From Candidatus Saccharimonadales bacterium (GTDB lineage Bacteria > Patescibacteriota > Saccharimonadia > Saccharimonadales > JAYRRP01): 64,000 nt of DNA. The notes below the pieces were generated by a model. That model was not told the origin of the DNA, ran no database searches, and was given only the letters and a program-made list of their open reading frames with translations. The stretch lies in NCBI GenBank assembly GCA_041910055.1, contig JAYRRP010000004.1, positions 2,678 through 66,677 of the forward strand, written 5' to 3'. The position numbers and the translations under genes were made by a program. Shown one piece after another: positions 54,384 through 64,000 of the stretch. The first letter of the stretch is position 1. Every line of letters starts with the position of its first letter.

Positions 54384-56888
54384 ATGTCCGCCGGAAAGAA
54401 TCAAGAATATATGCTTCCAAGTTCACCTGATTTTCAGGAATTTATTAACCATCTGACTGACAATGCACTGCACAGTCTGAAGCATGCAGATGCAGTTGCT
54501 CGTAGTTTTGGGAGCGCCTATGTGGGCACAGAGCATCTTCTACTCGGTGTTCTGGCGCAGGAATCTTCAGTTGGCGCCAAGTTACTGGAAGGCGCTGGGG
54601 TAACCTTAGACAGGGCCCGCTTAGCTTTGAACCTGACACCTAAGACATTGGTAATTAATATGGGCGCAAAAGGCCTTAGTGAAACGGCCAAACTGACTCT
54701 ACGGATGGCTTATGACATTGCTCAGGACCTTAACCAAGAACATTGTGGGACAGAACATATCTTGAGCAGTATCTTGCGTCAAAAGAATGCCCGCGCGACT
54801 ATTTTACTGAGAGATATGAACATAGATGTGCTGCAACTGCAGAATGAGCTGGAACTATACCTGAACCGGCAAGGTTATGGAGGCTCAGCGTCATCATCAA
54901 ACACTGGACGTCGTGGTAAAAAGGCCCGCAAAACTGCTCTTGATTTTTTTGGTACTGATTTAACGGCCCAAGCCCGGGAGGGTAAATTGGATCCTGTTGT
55001 GGGACGTGAGGCCCAAATCCGGCGGGTGGTGACCATTCTTAATCGACGGACAAAAAATAACCCTGTATTGATTGGTGAACCAGGGGTAGGGAAAACGGCT
55101 ATTGTTGAAGGACTTGCACAAAGAATTGTGACTGAAGATCTACCCGATAGCTTACTTGATAAGCGGATTATTATGCTCGATCTAGCAGGTATGATTGCCG
55201 GTACAAAATACAGGGGCGAATTTGAAGAAAGGCTTAAAAAAGTCTTATCTGAACTAGAAAATGATACTCATACAATTCTGTTTATTGATGAACTGCATCT
55301 TATTGTGGGCGCCGGAGCGGCAGAAGGTGCGATGGACGCCGGCAGCATTCTTAAACCGCCGCTGGCGCGCGGTAAAATCCAAGTAATTGGCGCCACAACG
55401 ACAGCTGAGTATACCAAACACATTGAAAAAGATGCAGCACTTGAGCGGCGTTTCCAGCCGATTCAAGTTCCCCCGGCTACCAGCAGCGAGACTCTGCAGA
55501 TTCTAAAGGGACTACGTAAGCATTATGAGTCTTACCATAACGTCAAAATTGCTGATAATGTGCTTGAAGATACCGTGACACTGGCCAGTCGCTATATAAA
55601 TGACCGTTATCTGCCCGATAAGGCGATTGATCTGTTGGATGAGACTGCAGCTTATCTACGGGTTGACAGAGGCAAGACGCCGCCGGAGGTAAGAAAGCTT
55701 CAGAAAGAATTGAAGTTATTGAATGTTCGTCTGGAAGATTCGGTTGATAACCAGGACTACGAAAAGGCAGCCCAATACAAAACTCGCGCCAGTCAAATTA
55801 GCGAACAATTAAAGAAGTTACACAGTAGTGGTAAAGGGCGGCAGAAGCTATCAGTCAGCAGTGAAGATATCGCTGAAGTGGTGGCGCGAATGACCGGTAT
55901 CCCCGTTAAGCGGGTGGTAAGGGCCGAAGCTAAACACTTACTTCATTTGGAAAAGACGCTAGGTAAGTATGTGATAGGTCAAGAAGAAGCCGTATCTGCA
56001 GTCGCCAAAGCTATCCGACGAAATCGCTCAGGAGTATCCAGTGAGCAGCGGCCAATTGGCTCCTTTGTGTTCTTAGGTCCTACAGGAGTTGGCAAAACAG
56101 AACTAGCCCGGGTCCTCGCACGTGAGTTTTTTGGCAGTAGCGAGGCGCTCATCAAGATTGACATGAGCGAATTTGGCGAACGTCATACAGTTTCACGCTT
56201 AGTTGGTGCACCAGCTGGTTATGTAGGCTATGAGGAAGGCGGTCAATTAACTGATCGGGTTCGGCGACAACCCTATAGCCTCATTTTGTTTGACGAAATT
56301 GAGAAGGCCCACCCCGAGGTCTTTCATATGCTGTTACAGATTTTAGAAGACGGTGTTTTGACTGACGCCAAAGGTCGACAAGTTGATTTTACGAATACCA
56401 TTATTATTATGACTAGTAACTTAGGGGCTGAAAAATTACAAAAAGAAGCTTCGCTTGGGTTCCATGCCAGCAATGCAGAGGATCTTAAAAATCTCGATGA
56501 ACTCCATAATCGTAATAAAAGTAAAGTACATGATGAATTAAAACGCATGATGCGCCCGGAACTCATTAACCGGATTGATAAAATTATAGTCTTCCGGGCA
56601 CTGACTAAAAAAGATGCCCTTAAGATACTTGACCTGCAAATAGAAGAACTAAGGCAGCGTCTGCTTAGACAAGGCATGGGACTTGAATTATCGGCAAGGG
56701 CAAAACGACATTTGTTGGAAGAGGGTTACGATGCTCATAATGGTGTGCGTCCACTTCGACGTTTACTGCAGGATACAATTGAAGACCATATCGCTCATCA
56801 CTTGCTTGATAGCCAATATACAAAAGGTGATATTATCCAAGTGGGCGTAAAAGACAAGCAACTTGCATTCAGTGCGGTCCAAGAATAA
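54384..56888 (+). CDS. clpC: ATP-dependent Clp protease ATP-binding subunit ClpC
   Basis: Two Clp_N repeats. Walker [10 protein letters not shown] and [12 protein letters not shown]-like linker ([12 protein letters not shown]). 834 aa. Confidence 0.93.
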   Translation: MSAGKNQEYMLPSSPDFQEFINHLTDNALHSLKHADAVARSFGSAYVGTEHLLLGVLAQESSVGAKLLEGAGVTLDRARLALNLTPKTLVINMGAKGLSETAKLTLRMAYDIAQDLNQEHCGTEHILSSILRQKNARATILLRDMNIDVLQLQNELELYLNRQGYGGSASSSNTGRRGKKARKTALDFFGTDLTAQAREGKLDPVVGREAQIRRVVTILNRRTKNNPVLIGEPGVGKTAIVEGLAQRIVTEDLPDSLLDKRIIMLDLAGMIAGTKYRGEFEERLKKVLSELENDTHTILFIDELHLIVGAGAAEGAMDAGSILKPPLARGKIQVIGATTTAEYTKHIEKDAALERRFQPIQVPPATSSETLQILKGLRKHYESYHNVKIADNVLEDTVTLASRYINDRYLPDKAIDLLDETAAYLRVDRGKTPPEVRKLQKELKLLNVRLEDSVDNQDYEKAAQYKTRASQISEQLKKLHSSGKGRQKLSVSSEDIAEVVARMTGIPVKRVVRAEAKHLLHLEKTLGKYVIGQEEAVSAVAKAIRRNRSGVSSEQRPIGSFVFLGPTGVGKTELARVLAREFFGSSEALIKIDMSEFGERHTVSRLVGAPAGYVGYEEGGQLTDRVRRQPYSLILFDEIEKAHPEVFHMLLQILEDGVLTDAKGRQVDFTNTIIIMTSNLGAEKLQKEASLGFHASNAEDLKNLDELHNRNKSKVHDELKRMMRPELINRIDKIIVFRALTKKDALKILDLQIEELRQRLLRQGMGLELSARAKRHLLEEGYDAHNGVRPLRRLLQDTIEDHIAHHLLDSQYTKGDIIQVGVKDKQLAFSAVQE

Positions 56889-56932
56889 CCATAAGTTGCT
56901 CGGCGTGCCCCTGGAGCAATAGAATAATACTT

Positions 56933-57910
56933 ATGCAAAGAAATCGAACGTCGCGACTCATTCTTTCCTGTGTTTTTACGTTTGCGGTCTTTGCTGTCTT
57001 ACTAGTTGGCTTTTGGTTCCGACAAGACGCGTATGACTGGTTACGTCTAAGGCAGTACCAACCGTCGGCAGCCATTGCCCAGTTGGCTGAACACACCACT
57101 ATGACGCCGAAAGCTACACACCTTTTTTATGTCCACCATCCAGTTCTGGCAGATAAAGTTTCATTCAATGAACACTGTCGTGAAAATGAGCAGACAATTG
57201 TACTGGGGTGTTACGTTGCAAATCGAGGAATATACCTGTTTGATGTGACAGATTCACGCCTTTCGGGTGTCGAGGAAGTGACGGCGGCCCATGAAATGTT
57301 GCATGCTGCCTATGACCGTCTGTCAGCAGATGAGAAACAACGGGTCAACCAGCTTATTCATAATGCTTACGGCCAAGTTACTGATGAACGCATTAAGAAG
57401 GTAATTGGTCAGTATCAAAAAATGGGAGCAGACACAGACAACGAACTGCACTCCATCTTAGGTACAGAGGTCGCCACTTTACCAGCCGAACTTGAACAAT
57501 ATTACAGTCGCTATTTTGCAAATCGCCAAGCAGTCGTGACATTTTCAGAAAAATACGAGGCTGTTTTATCGCAGAGGAAAGATCAAGTTGCAGACTATGA
57601 CCAGCGTCTGTCTGCTTTAAAAGCGGAAATCGATGAGAACCAGAATGACCTTGATCAAGAATCTGAAGCTTTGAAGGGAGAACGCCAGAGATTAAATTCT
57701 CTGCTTTCTAACAACCAAGTGGAAGCCTACAACGCAGGAGTAAATGACTTTAATGAAAAAGTAAGAACGCTCAATGCAAAGGTGAACCAAACCCGCGGCT
57801 TAATAGAGGAGTACAATAACTTGGTGAAAGAACGAAATAACATCGCTTTAGAAGAACAAGAACTTATTAAATCGCTCGATAGTCGACTCACAAACCCGAC
57901 TGAGCTGTAA
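56933..57910 (+). CDS. Membrane-anchored HExxH protein with a C-terminal coiled coil
   Basis: N-terminal TM (LILSCVFTFAVFAVLLVGFWF), AAHEMLHAAYD (HExxH) and a ~130-aa heptad-like Q/E/N/L-rich tail. Confidence 0.6.
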   Translation: MQRNRTSRLILSCVFTFAVFAVLLVGFWFRQDAYDWLRLRQYQPSAAIAQLAEHTTMTPKATHLFYVHHPVLADKVSFNEHCRENEQTIVLGCYVANRGIYLFDVTDSRLSGVEEVTAAHEMLHAAYDRLSADEKQRVNQLIHNAYGQVTDERIKKVIGQYQKMGADTDNELHSILGTEVATLPAELEQYYSRYFANRQAVVTFSEKYEAVLSQRKDQVADYDQRLSALKAEIDENQNDLDQESEALKGERQRLNSLLSNNQVEAYNAGVNDFNEKVRTLNAKVNQTRGLIEEYNNLVKERNNIALEEQELIKSLDSRLTNPTEL

Positions 57911-57928
57911 TCTGTTAGACTAATACAT

Positions 57929-59275
57929 ATGGGAAAAAGTACGAGCGCAGGGACCTTCGTCTGCCAGAATTGTGGAGCACAACATGGTAGCTGGTCTGGT
58001 AGGTGCCACGTCTGCGGGGAATGGAACACCATTGTACAACGAGTTGATGATGAGATAGTGTCAAGTAAAGGAAAGTCATTGGTTGCTCATCCTATTGGAG
58101 GAAAGACCAAAGCAAAATCTCTGACACGTTTCACAAGCGGAATGAAGGAAATGGATACTGTTTTGGGTGGGGGACTTGTACCTGGTAGTCTTACCTTGCT
58201 GGCCGGCCAGCCAGGTATTGGCAAGAGTACGCTAGTATTGCAGCTTGCCAGTTACGTATCACGACAACATTCAGTCCTTTACGTCAGTGGTGAGGAATCA
58301 GCCGAACAAATAAATCTTCGTGGCCAGCGGTTGGATATTTCCCCCGGTAGCCTACAACTGGCAAATTCAAGTAGTGCGGATGATATTACCCGAACCATCT
58401 TAGATGGTCAGTATCAACTTGTAGTAGTAGATTCTATTCAAACTATGACAGTTAACCAGGTTGGTTCAGCAGCTGGTACCATGAGTCAAATTACTAATAG
58501 CACGCAGTTGTTATTACAAGCCGCGAAGCTGACTACAACGGCAGTAGTCATTGTTGGTCACGTGACGAAAGAGGGGTCTATTGCTGGACCTAAAGTGCTT
58601 GAACATATCGTAGATGTAGTATTGCAACTCGAAGGTGATCGTTACGGAGGTTTTAAGTTACTGAGAGGCGTGAAGAATCGTTTTGGCTCTACGAATGAGG
58701 CCGGTATATTTGAAATGACTGACCATGGCCTTCAGGCCGTAGAAAATCCTTCAGCTGTCTTGTTAGCTGAGCGGCAAGTAACTGACGGCTCAGTGGTATT
58801 AGCCACAATGGAGGGGACTAGGCCACTGCTCGTTGAAGTGCAGGCACTCGTGAACCGGACTAATTACGGCTACCCGAAGCGGACAGCCAGCGGTGTTGAT
58901 ATTAATCGTGTGAACTTACTGATTGCGGTATTAGAGCGCCGCACACGCTTGAACCTGGCAGACCAGGATATATATATCAATGTAGTCGGGGGAATAAAAG
59001 TCCAGGAACCAGCAGCGGACCTGGCGATTTGTATGGCAATTGCCTCAGCTTCAAAAGGCATGCAGCTAAAACGGAATGTAGCGGTATTTGGGGAAGTAGG
59101 ATTATCTGGTGAAATTCGTCATGTGCCTTTTGCGGATAAGCGGCTAGCAGAAGCCCGGAAACTTGGATTTGATGGAGCACTTGGTCCTCGTAAGCAAGGA
59201 ACCAAAAAAATACCCGGCCTTTTTGGCGTTTCAGCCATGAGAGATGCACTAAATCAATTTTTGGAGAAAGAATGA
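57929..59275 (+). CDS. radA: DNA repair protein RadA/Sms
   Basis: Zn finger CQNCGAQHGSWSGRCHVCGEWNT, Walker A GQPGIGKST, KNRFG motif, Lon-like C-terminal domain. Confidence 0.95.
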   Translation: MGKSTSAGTFVCQNCGAQHGSWSGRCHVCGEWNTIVQRVDDEIVSSKGKSLVAHPIGGKTKAKSLTRFTSGMKEMDTVLGGGLVPGSLTLLAGQPGIGKSTLVLQLASYVSRQHSVLYVSGEESAEQINLRGQRLDISPGSLQLANSSSADDITRTILDGQYQLVVVDSIQTMTVNQVGSAAGTMSQITNSTQLLLQAAKLTTTAVVIVGHVTKEGSIAGPKVLEHIVDVVLQLEGDRYGGFKLLRGVKNRFGSTNEAGIFEMTDHGLQAVENPSAVLLAERQVTDGSVVLATMEGTRPLLVEVQALVNRTNYGYPKRTASGVDINRVNLLIAVLERRTRLNLADQDIYINVVGGIKVQEPAADLAICMAIASASKGMQLKRNVAVFGEVGLSGEIRHVPFADKRLAEARKLGFDGALGPRKQGTKKIPGLFGVSAMRDALNQFLEKE

Positions 59276-60015
59276 TTACATTACAATTATTGCAGATTGG
59301 ACTGCTTGTTACTCTTATTATACTGATTTTGGGACCACGCAAGACGTGGATGCATGGAACAAAAAAAGGAAAAACAACCAGCAGTATCGTACTTGATACC
59401 TGTGCGTTGATAGATGGTCGGATTGAAGATTTAGTACGGATTGGTTTTATAGAAGGTAGGTTGATAATCCCGCAGTTTGTTATTAACGAACTGCAGCAGC
59501 TGGCTGATGGTGGTGATTCGCAAAAACGGGCCCGGGCTCGCTTTGGTCTTGACGTAGTGCGTAATCTCCAGCAGGAATCATTAAACGAAGTATTTATCCA
59601 CCAAGGAGAATATCCGAGAGAACCTGACATTGACGCTAAGCTTGTGCATCTCGCTAGTGATGAGAAAGCAGCACTTTATACCACTGATTATAATTTGAAT
59701 AAAGTAGCAAAAATTGCAGGAGTGAAAGTATTAAATGTGCATGAACTAGCTGGGGTACTCAGAGTGGTAGCCCTACCAGGTGAAACCCGCCAGATTAAGA
59801 TCGTTCAAAAGGGAAATGCGAAAGGACAGGGGGTTGGATATTTAGAGGATGGCACGATGGTAGTTGTTGATGGTGCCGCTAATCTTATTGGCAAAAAAGT
59901 CAATCTGACGGTAACGCGCATACATCAAACAGATGCAGGAAAAATGATTTTTGGCACACACAGTAGCTCACTAAATACACTAAAAAGAAAGATTGCTTCT
60001 TCTAAGGCCGCTTAA
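59272..60015 (+). CDS. PIN + TRAM domain protein (YacL-like)
   Basis: ATGA overlap with radA. N-terminal TM, PIN (VLDTCALIDGRI), C-terminal TRAM (GVGYLEDGTMVVVDG). Confidence 0.82.
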   Translation: MITLQLLQIGLLVTLIILILGPRKTWMHGTKKGKTTSSIVLDTCALIDGRIEDLVRIGFIEGRLIIPQFVINELQQLADGGDSQKRARARFGLDVVRNLQQESLNEVFIHQGEYPREPDIDAKLVHLASDEKAALYTTDYNLNKVAKIAGVKVLNVHELAGVLRVVALPGETRQIKIVQKGNAKGQGVGYLEDGTMVVVDGAANLIGKKVNLTVTRIHQTDAGKMIFGTHSSSLNTLKRKIASSKAA

Positions 60016-63000
60016 ACGTGACACTTGCGCTTAGTCCCCCGGAAGCAATAACAGTTGCAGTATAATTACCATTTCCGCCGTTACAAGTGTTGACAGTTAG
60101 CGACGTACTGCTGGTTGAGCTGGTAAAACACTGACCCCCAGCCCCAGGGCCACTTACCGTTAGAGAATAAGGAGAAGAACCACCTGCCCAGCTAACGTTG
60201 AATGGGGACGAAGGACCGACGCCTTGTCCGCTGGCGGGGGACGTTATTACTAAAGGGCTGCTGTTTCCCCCGCCTCCAAAATCAACATTTACACTGTCAC
60301 TTCCATCGTACAAGACACTATCAATTATTTCTGCTCTGACTTGTTTGCTGCCACTGGTTGCGACCGCATAAGTCAGGCTAACAGTACCGGGACTCCCTAT
60401 GGTAGCAGTCTGCACAACTTGGCCATCAATTATTAAGTTGACAGTTCCCTTGAACTTATCGCTTGATAGTGGATGAGTGCCCTGGTTGACATTCAGTGTA
60501 AAGGTACACGAACCATTACAGGTAGAGGGAGCACCAATGAAGCTAATCTGGGGGCGTGCATCGTCACACTTGTGTACATCATCTTTTTCATCAGTATTTG
60601 ATGAGGCAGACCCGCCAGGTACGAATCTATCCCCGGAGAATGAATTGGCCGCCGCATCATTGGTCTGCATTTTTGCCCGGTCTGGGGTACACTCGGTCGC
60701 CAATTTGTTTGATACCTTATCGATCACTTTGGGAGTGGTGTTTGTCTTTTTATTTTGTTGGTACCAAGATGGGAATATATCATTGCTAGGACTTGGTTCG
60801 ACAGAGCCTACACCCACATGATTGCGCACCACATAAGCTGGTAGAGTTTGTACCCCACTTGGTTTGACGCGTTCCTCAGGCTTTAGGTTGTCATGTACCC
60901 GATGCATCCAGCCACTCCAAATTGGTTCTGTCATCGTTTCCATGAAACCACGCATCTCTCTTTGGCGGGTATGATAGCCAACCCAGACACCAGCAGCATA
61001 CTGGGTAGAGAAGCCCATTAATAAACCATCTTTTGTGTCATTTGTAGTACCGGTTTTCAAAGAAAACTTGTGGTTCTTATAACGATGTGGTTTTTTACTA
61101 AAGTAGCTGGCATTTGGGTCTGCCATCATGTCGGCCACAATATAGGCAGCGTCTGGTCTGACGACTTGGTCTCCTTTTGTTGGCTTCCATTCATCAACTT
61201 TTTTGCCGCCTGCGTCGGTAATTTTAAGGATATAAGTTTCTGGGATATATTGTCCGTTGCGCGAAATGGTTGAATAAGCATGAACGTGTTCGTCAAGATG
61301 CAAGTAGGCACCGTCACCGATAGCTGACGAAGCGTAACAGGGGCCTTCTTTAGTTAGTTTATCGTCATAGTAACACTTGTAGCCACTTTTAAGGCCAAGC
61401 TTCTCAGCTGTATCAATAGTTTTATTTATGCCTGCGGTGAGCATAGCTTTTACAGCTGGAACGTTACGGGAACCACCCAGCGCATAGCGGAGAGTTAATG
61501 GGCCGGGATATTTAAAGTCATAATCCCATAGACAGTTACCACCTTGTTTTGGCTGGGCTTTATTGGTACAAGGATAACCTTCTAAGGGTCCTTGAGTATC
61601 ATATAAGACTGATCCGGCACCCGAATTATTGGTGTTTTCTATCAATGAAACATAGTCATAGGGTTTGAAACTGGAGCCTGGGGGTAGTGGCGAAGTGGCA
61701 TAATTAAACTGACCAAAGTCAGGATTTGAAAAATCAGACCCGCCAACCAATGCTACGATCTGACCTGTCTTGACATCTTCACCCACAAAAGCCGCCGTGT
61801 CGCCCCCCTGACGACGGACCTGGGCCATCCCCTTATTTACTTCTTCTTCGGCAATTTTCTGTTTATCAAGATCAAGTGTGGTTGTTACGTTCCACCCTCC
61901 TCGTTGTACAGTTTGGTTCCCAAACTTGTCCTCAAGCTGTTTCTTCGCTGCCAGGACGAACCAAGGCGCTTTAATACCGTCATATTTCGGTTTCCGTGGT
62001 TTTACCGACGCGATCACGTCAGTTTTCTTGGCCTGTTCGAGTTGATCTTTCGTGATTTTACCTTGCTGCTGCATGAGTTCGAGTACATATTGTTGTCGAC
62101 CAGTGAAGGCTTCTTTATCGAAATCGGCACTGTATGGGGAGTAATAGCGTGGAGATTTGGGAATAGTTGCGAGCATAGCGGCCTCTTCTAAGGTCAGATC
62201 TTTGGCTGACTTATCAAAGTAGTCACGCGCGGCTGCCTCAACCCCATATTCAATACCGCCGTAAGGTGCTGTATTTAAGTAACCAGTCAGTATTTCTTGT
62301 TTCGTATAGGTTCGTTCAAGTTCTACGGAGAGAATTAGTTCTTTCACCTTGCGGGTATAACTCCGGTCTTTGCTCCAGTTTTGTGTCAATTTTACTAATT
62401 GCTGAGTAATAGTCGACCCACCTTGGGTGGTACCCGAGTTTCCAAAGAAGTTATTCCAACCGGCTCGGACAATGCCTCTAGTGTCGAAACCACCATGCTT
62501 AAAGAAGTCTTTATCCTCAACTGCAACAGTTGCGTCCTTCACATACTGAGAAATCTCAGGATCCTTCACTGGGATGCGCTTTACCGCATCATAGTCTTCC
62601 CACAACAGTGTCTGACCAGAACGGTCATAGTAACGCATACTTCCACCGATGTTGCTCCCGGAAATATCTTTTAGGTTTGGTAGATCTTTACGGAAATAAG
62701 CAAAAACACCAATAAGTAATAAGAAACCAACTGCAAAACCGACGCCCAGAATCTTGAGCGCCATAATAGCACCATCACGGCTGAACCAGTATTTGGCTAA
62801 ATGACGTGGACGGAGACGATAAAAAAGGCGTTTTATAGGAGTCTTTGGCATACCGGCCAATCGAGTGGCTTTTCGCTGGGCGCGTTGGTCTTTCCGGGCG
62901 ATTACCCGTTCTGCGAGACTACGGTGTACTTTTATAACCTTCCCACTTTTGGTTACAAAATGATTTTTACCGACCCGACGTGATTGTTTGCCGGGTTGCC

Positions 63001-63016
63001 TTTTAAAAGCTTTCAT
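60002..63016 (-). CDS. Class A penicillin-binding protein (PBP1A-type transglycosylase/transpeptidase) with a ~250-aa C-terminal extension
   Basis: GT motifs EDKDFFKHGG and GGSTITQQ. TP motifs SSFKP, SRN and KTGTT. G/S/T-rich beta-type tail. Confidence 0.92.
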   Translation of the reverse strand: MKAFKRQPGKQSRRVGKNHFVTKSGKVIKVHRSLAERVIARKDQRAQRKATRLAGMPKTPIKRLFYRLRPRHLAKYWFSRDGAIMALKILGVGFAVGFLLLIGVFAYFRKDLPNLKDISGSNIGGSMRYYDRSGQTLLWEDYDAVKRIPVKDPEISQYVKDATVAVEDKDFFKHGGFDTRGIVRAGWNNFFGNSGTTQGGSTITQQLVKLTQNWSKDRSYTRKVKELILSVELERTYTKQEILTGYLNTAPYGGIEYGVEAAARDYFDKSAKDLTLEEAAMLATIPKSPRYYSPYSADFDKEAFTGRQQYVLELMQQQGKITKDQLEQAKKTDVIASVKPRKPKYDGIKAPWFVLAAKKQLEDKFGNQTVQRGGWNVTTTLDLDKQKIAEEEVNKGMAQVRRQGGDTAAFVGEDVKTGQIVALVGGSDFSNPDFGQFNYATSPLPPGSSFKPYDYVSLIENTNNSGAGSVLYDTQGPLEGYPCTNKAQPKQGGNCLWDYDFKYPGPLTLRYALGGSRNVPAVKAMLTAGINKTIDTAEKLGLKSGYKCYYDDKLTKEGPCYASSAIGDGAYLHLDEHVHAYSTISRNGQYIPETYILKITDAGGKKVDEWKPTKGDQVVRPDAAYIVADMMADPNASYFSKKPHRYKNHKFSLKTGTTNDTKDGLLMGFSTQYAAGVWVGYHTRQREMRGFMETMTEPIWSGWMHRVHDNLKPEERVKPSGVQTLPAYVVRNHVGVGSVEPSPSNDIFPSWYQQNKKTNTTPKVIDKVSNKLATECTPDRAKMQTNDAAANSFSGDRFVPGGSASSNTDEKDDVHKCDDARPQISFIGAPSTCNGSCTFTLNVNQGTHPLSSDKFKGTVNLIIDGQVVQTATIGSPGTVSLTYAVATSGSKQVRAEIIDSVLYDGSDSVNVDFGGGGNSSPLVITSPASGQGVGPSSPFNVSWAGGSSPYSLTVSGPGAGGQCFTSSTSSTSLTVNTCNGGNGNYTATVIASGGLSASVTFKRP

Positions 63017-63136
63017 TAATATCTCTTTGATAACTCCTTCAAGATCTCTACTATTATAGCAAATTTAGCCACCAGGCAAACTATAAGACGTAAGCATTAT
63101 TTACGGATATCTACCTTGGGTTATACTAAGGGTAAT

Positions 63137-64000
63137 ATGGAAAAGATGACACTGAGTGAAGAACTCTCTTGGCGCGGATTAGTTGAACAGACGACCATTC
63201 ATAACCTAGCAGAACTTGATGTATCACCACGTATCTTTTATCACGGTTATGACGCCTCTGCGGACTCACAAACTGTTGGTAACTTAGCCGCTATGATGAT
63301 GGATCGGTTATTTCTAAGACATGGCTGGAAAGCGGTCATATTGGCGGGGGGTGCCACCAGCTTAATTGGTGACCCAGGGGGTAAAGATGCTGAGAGACCG
63401 ATGCAGAGCCCGGATGAAGTAGCGGAAAACATCAAGAAAGCCATAGAACAACTTCAGGGTATATTGGCTGGGTTTGAGGTCAAGTTTGTTAATAATCTTG
63501 ACTGGATTAAGAGTATGACAGTAATCGAGTTTTTGCGTGATATTGGTAAACACTTCAGTATGACTCCTCTTTTGCAACGGGATTATATTGCTCAGCGGAT
63601 AGGACCAGAAGGCAATGGCATCAGCTACACTGAGTTTAGCTATACATTACTGCAAGGACTTGATTATTTACATTTATTTGACCATGAGGGGGTGACAGTA
63701 CAGTTAGGTGGCTCTGATCAATGGGGTAATTGCTTATCAGGAGTTGAGCTGGTACGAAAAGTAAGAGGCAAAGAAGTCCATGTAGTGTCTCACCCATTAT
63801 TGGTGAACCGTTCTACTGGTAAAAAGTTTGGCAAGAGTGAAGCTGGAGCTATTTGGTTGGATGCGCAGAAAACCACTGTGTATGACTTTTATCAATTTTG
63901 GCTTAATGTTGATGACGAGAGCGTGGAAGAATACTTAAAGAAATTTACCGAGATCGGCAAAGCAGAGCTGACACAATTAATGGAAGAGTTCAATACTGAT
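63137..64000 (+). CDS. tyrS: Tyrosine-tRNA ligase (3' end beyond the window)
   Basis: My own translation: MEKMTLSEELSWRGLVEQ...GYDASADSQTVGNL...GGATSLIGDPGG...FLRDIGKHF...GGSDQWGN...KFGKSEAGAIWL. It is collinear with E. coli TyrRS. The frame is open to nt 64000. Confidence 0.9.
   Translation, partial: MEKMTLSEELSWRGLVEQTTIHNLAELDVSPRIFYHGYDASADSQTVGNLAAMMMDRLFLRHGWKAVILAGGATSLIGDPGGKDAERPMQSPDEVAENIKKAIEQLQGILAGFEVKFVNNLDWIKSMTVIEFLRDIGKHFSMTPLLQRDYIAQRIGPEGNGISYTEFSYTLLQGLDYLHLFDHEGVTVQLGGSDQWGNCLSGVELVRKVRGKEVHVVSHPLLVNRSTGKKFGKSEAGAIWLDAQKTTVYDFYQFWLNVDDESVEEYLKKFTEIGKAELTQLMEEFNTD

Noticed and set aside
58977-59630. 217-aa minus-strand ORF across radA/PIN-TRAM
   Set aside because: It is antisense to two genes with clear conserved motifs. 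Its composition is typical of a shadow frame.
1-64000. Search for tRNA/rRNA genes, CRISPR repeats, transposases/integrases, prophage or restriction-modification genes
   Set aside because: None found. Intergenic gaps are at most ~230 bp and lack T-loop (GTTCRAAT) signatures or spaced repeats. All large ORFs have housekeeping or hypothetical assignments.

Overview
This 64-kb segment is almost fully coding, with about 60 genes, mostly on the + strand, and housekeeping in character. I found no rRNA, tRNA, CRISPR array, transposase, integrase or recognisable defence gene.

Gene order:
- corA, SAM-I riboswitch-metK, a secreted beta-helix membrane protein, mpg, zupT, rmuC, NDH-2, VKOR, a GH63-like glycosidase, pheST, an ABC exporter
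- A redox group: FKBP, NrdH-like, trxB, an amicyanin-like cupredoxin, an FNR-like reductase
- glpQ, ppa, a NUDIX hydrolase
- A sugar-phosphate cluster: gap-rpiB-rpe-like-split tkt-fba-PfkB kinase
- An unknown 418-aa gene coupled to a LOG/SLOG-type gene
- An orphan type IV pilin, uvrB, gatC-gatA-X-gatB, a ytxG/ytxH-like trio, dnaE, a CAP-domain protein, a SpoU methyltransferase, a PilB/GspE ATPase, malic enzyme, rplS, rnhB-yraN, pepN, nusA
- An unknown gene, then CIRCE-clpC, an HExxH coiled-coil protein, radA and a PIN/TRAM protein
- PBP1A and the start of tyrS

The gene content looks like a reduced-genome Patescibacteria/CPR (Saccharibacteria-like) organism. It has a split transketolase, pilin plus PilB, many small membrane proteins, little biosynthesis and tight ATGA overlaps. 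This placement is inference only.

No canonical novel system is obvious. The best leads are:
1. The self-contained unknown+LOG/SLOG gene pair at 27.9-29.8 kb.
2. A near-perfect HrcA CIRCE operator on the clpC promoter, flanked by two unknown genes.
3. A recurrent -10 hexamer, 6 nt, start codon geometry that implies leaderless mRNAs and changes two start calls.
4. A TyrRS whose HIGH motif reads TVGN, the TrpRS type.
5. An intrinsic terminator in the nusA leader.
6. A SAM-I riboswitch with a terminator in front of metK.
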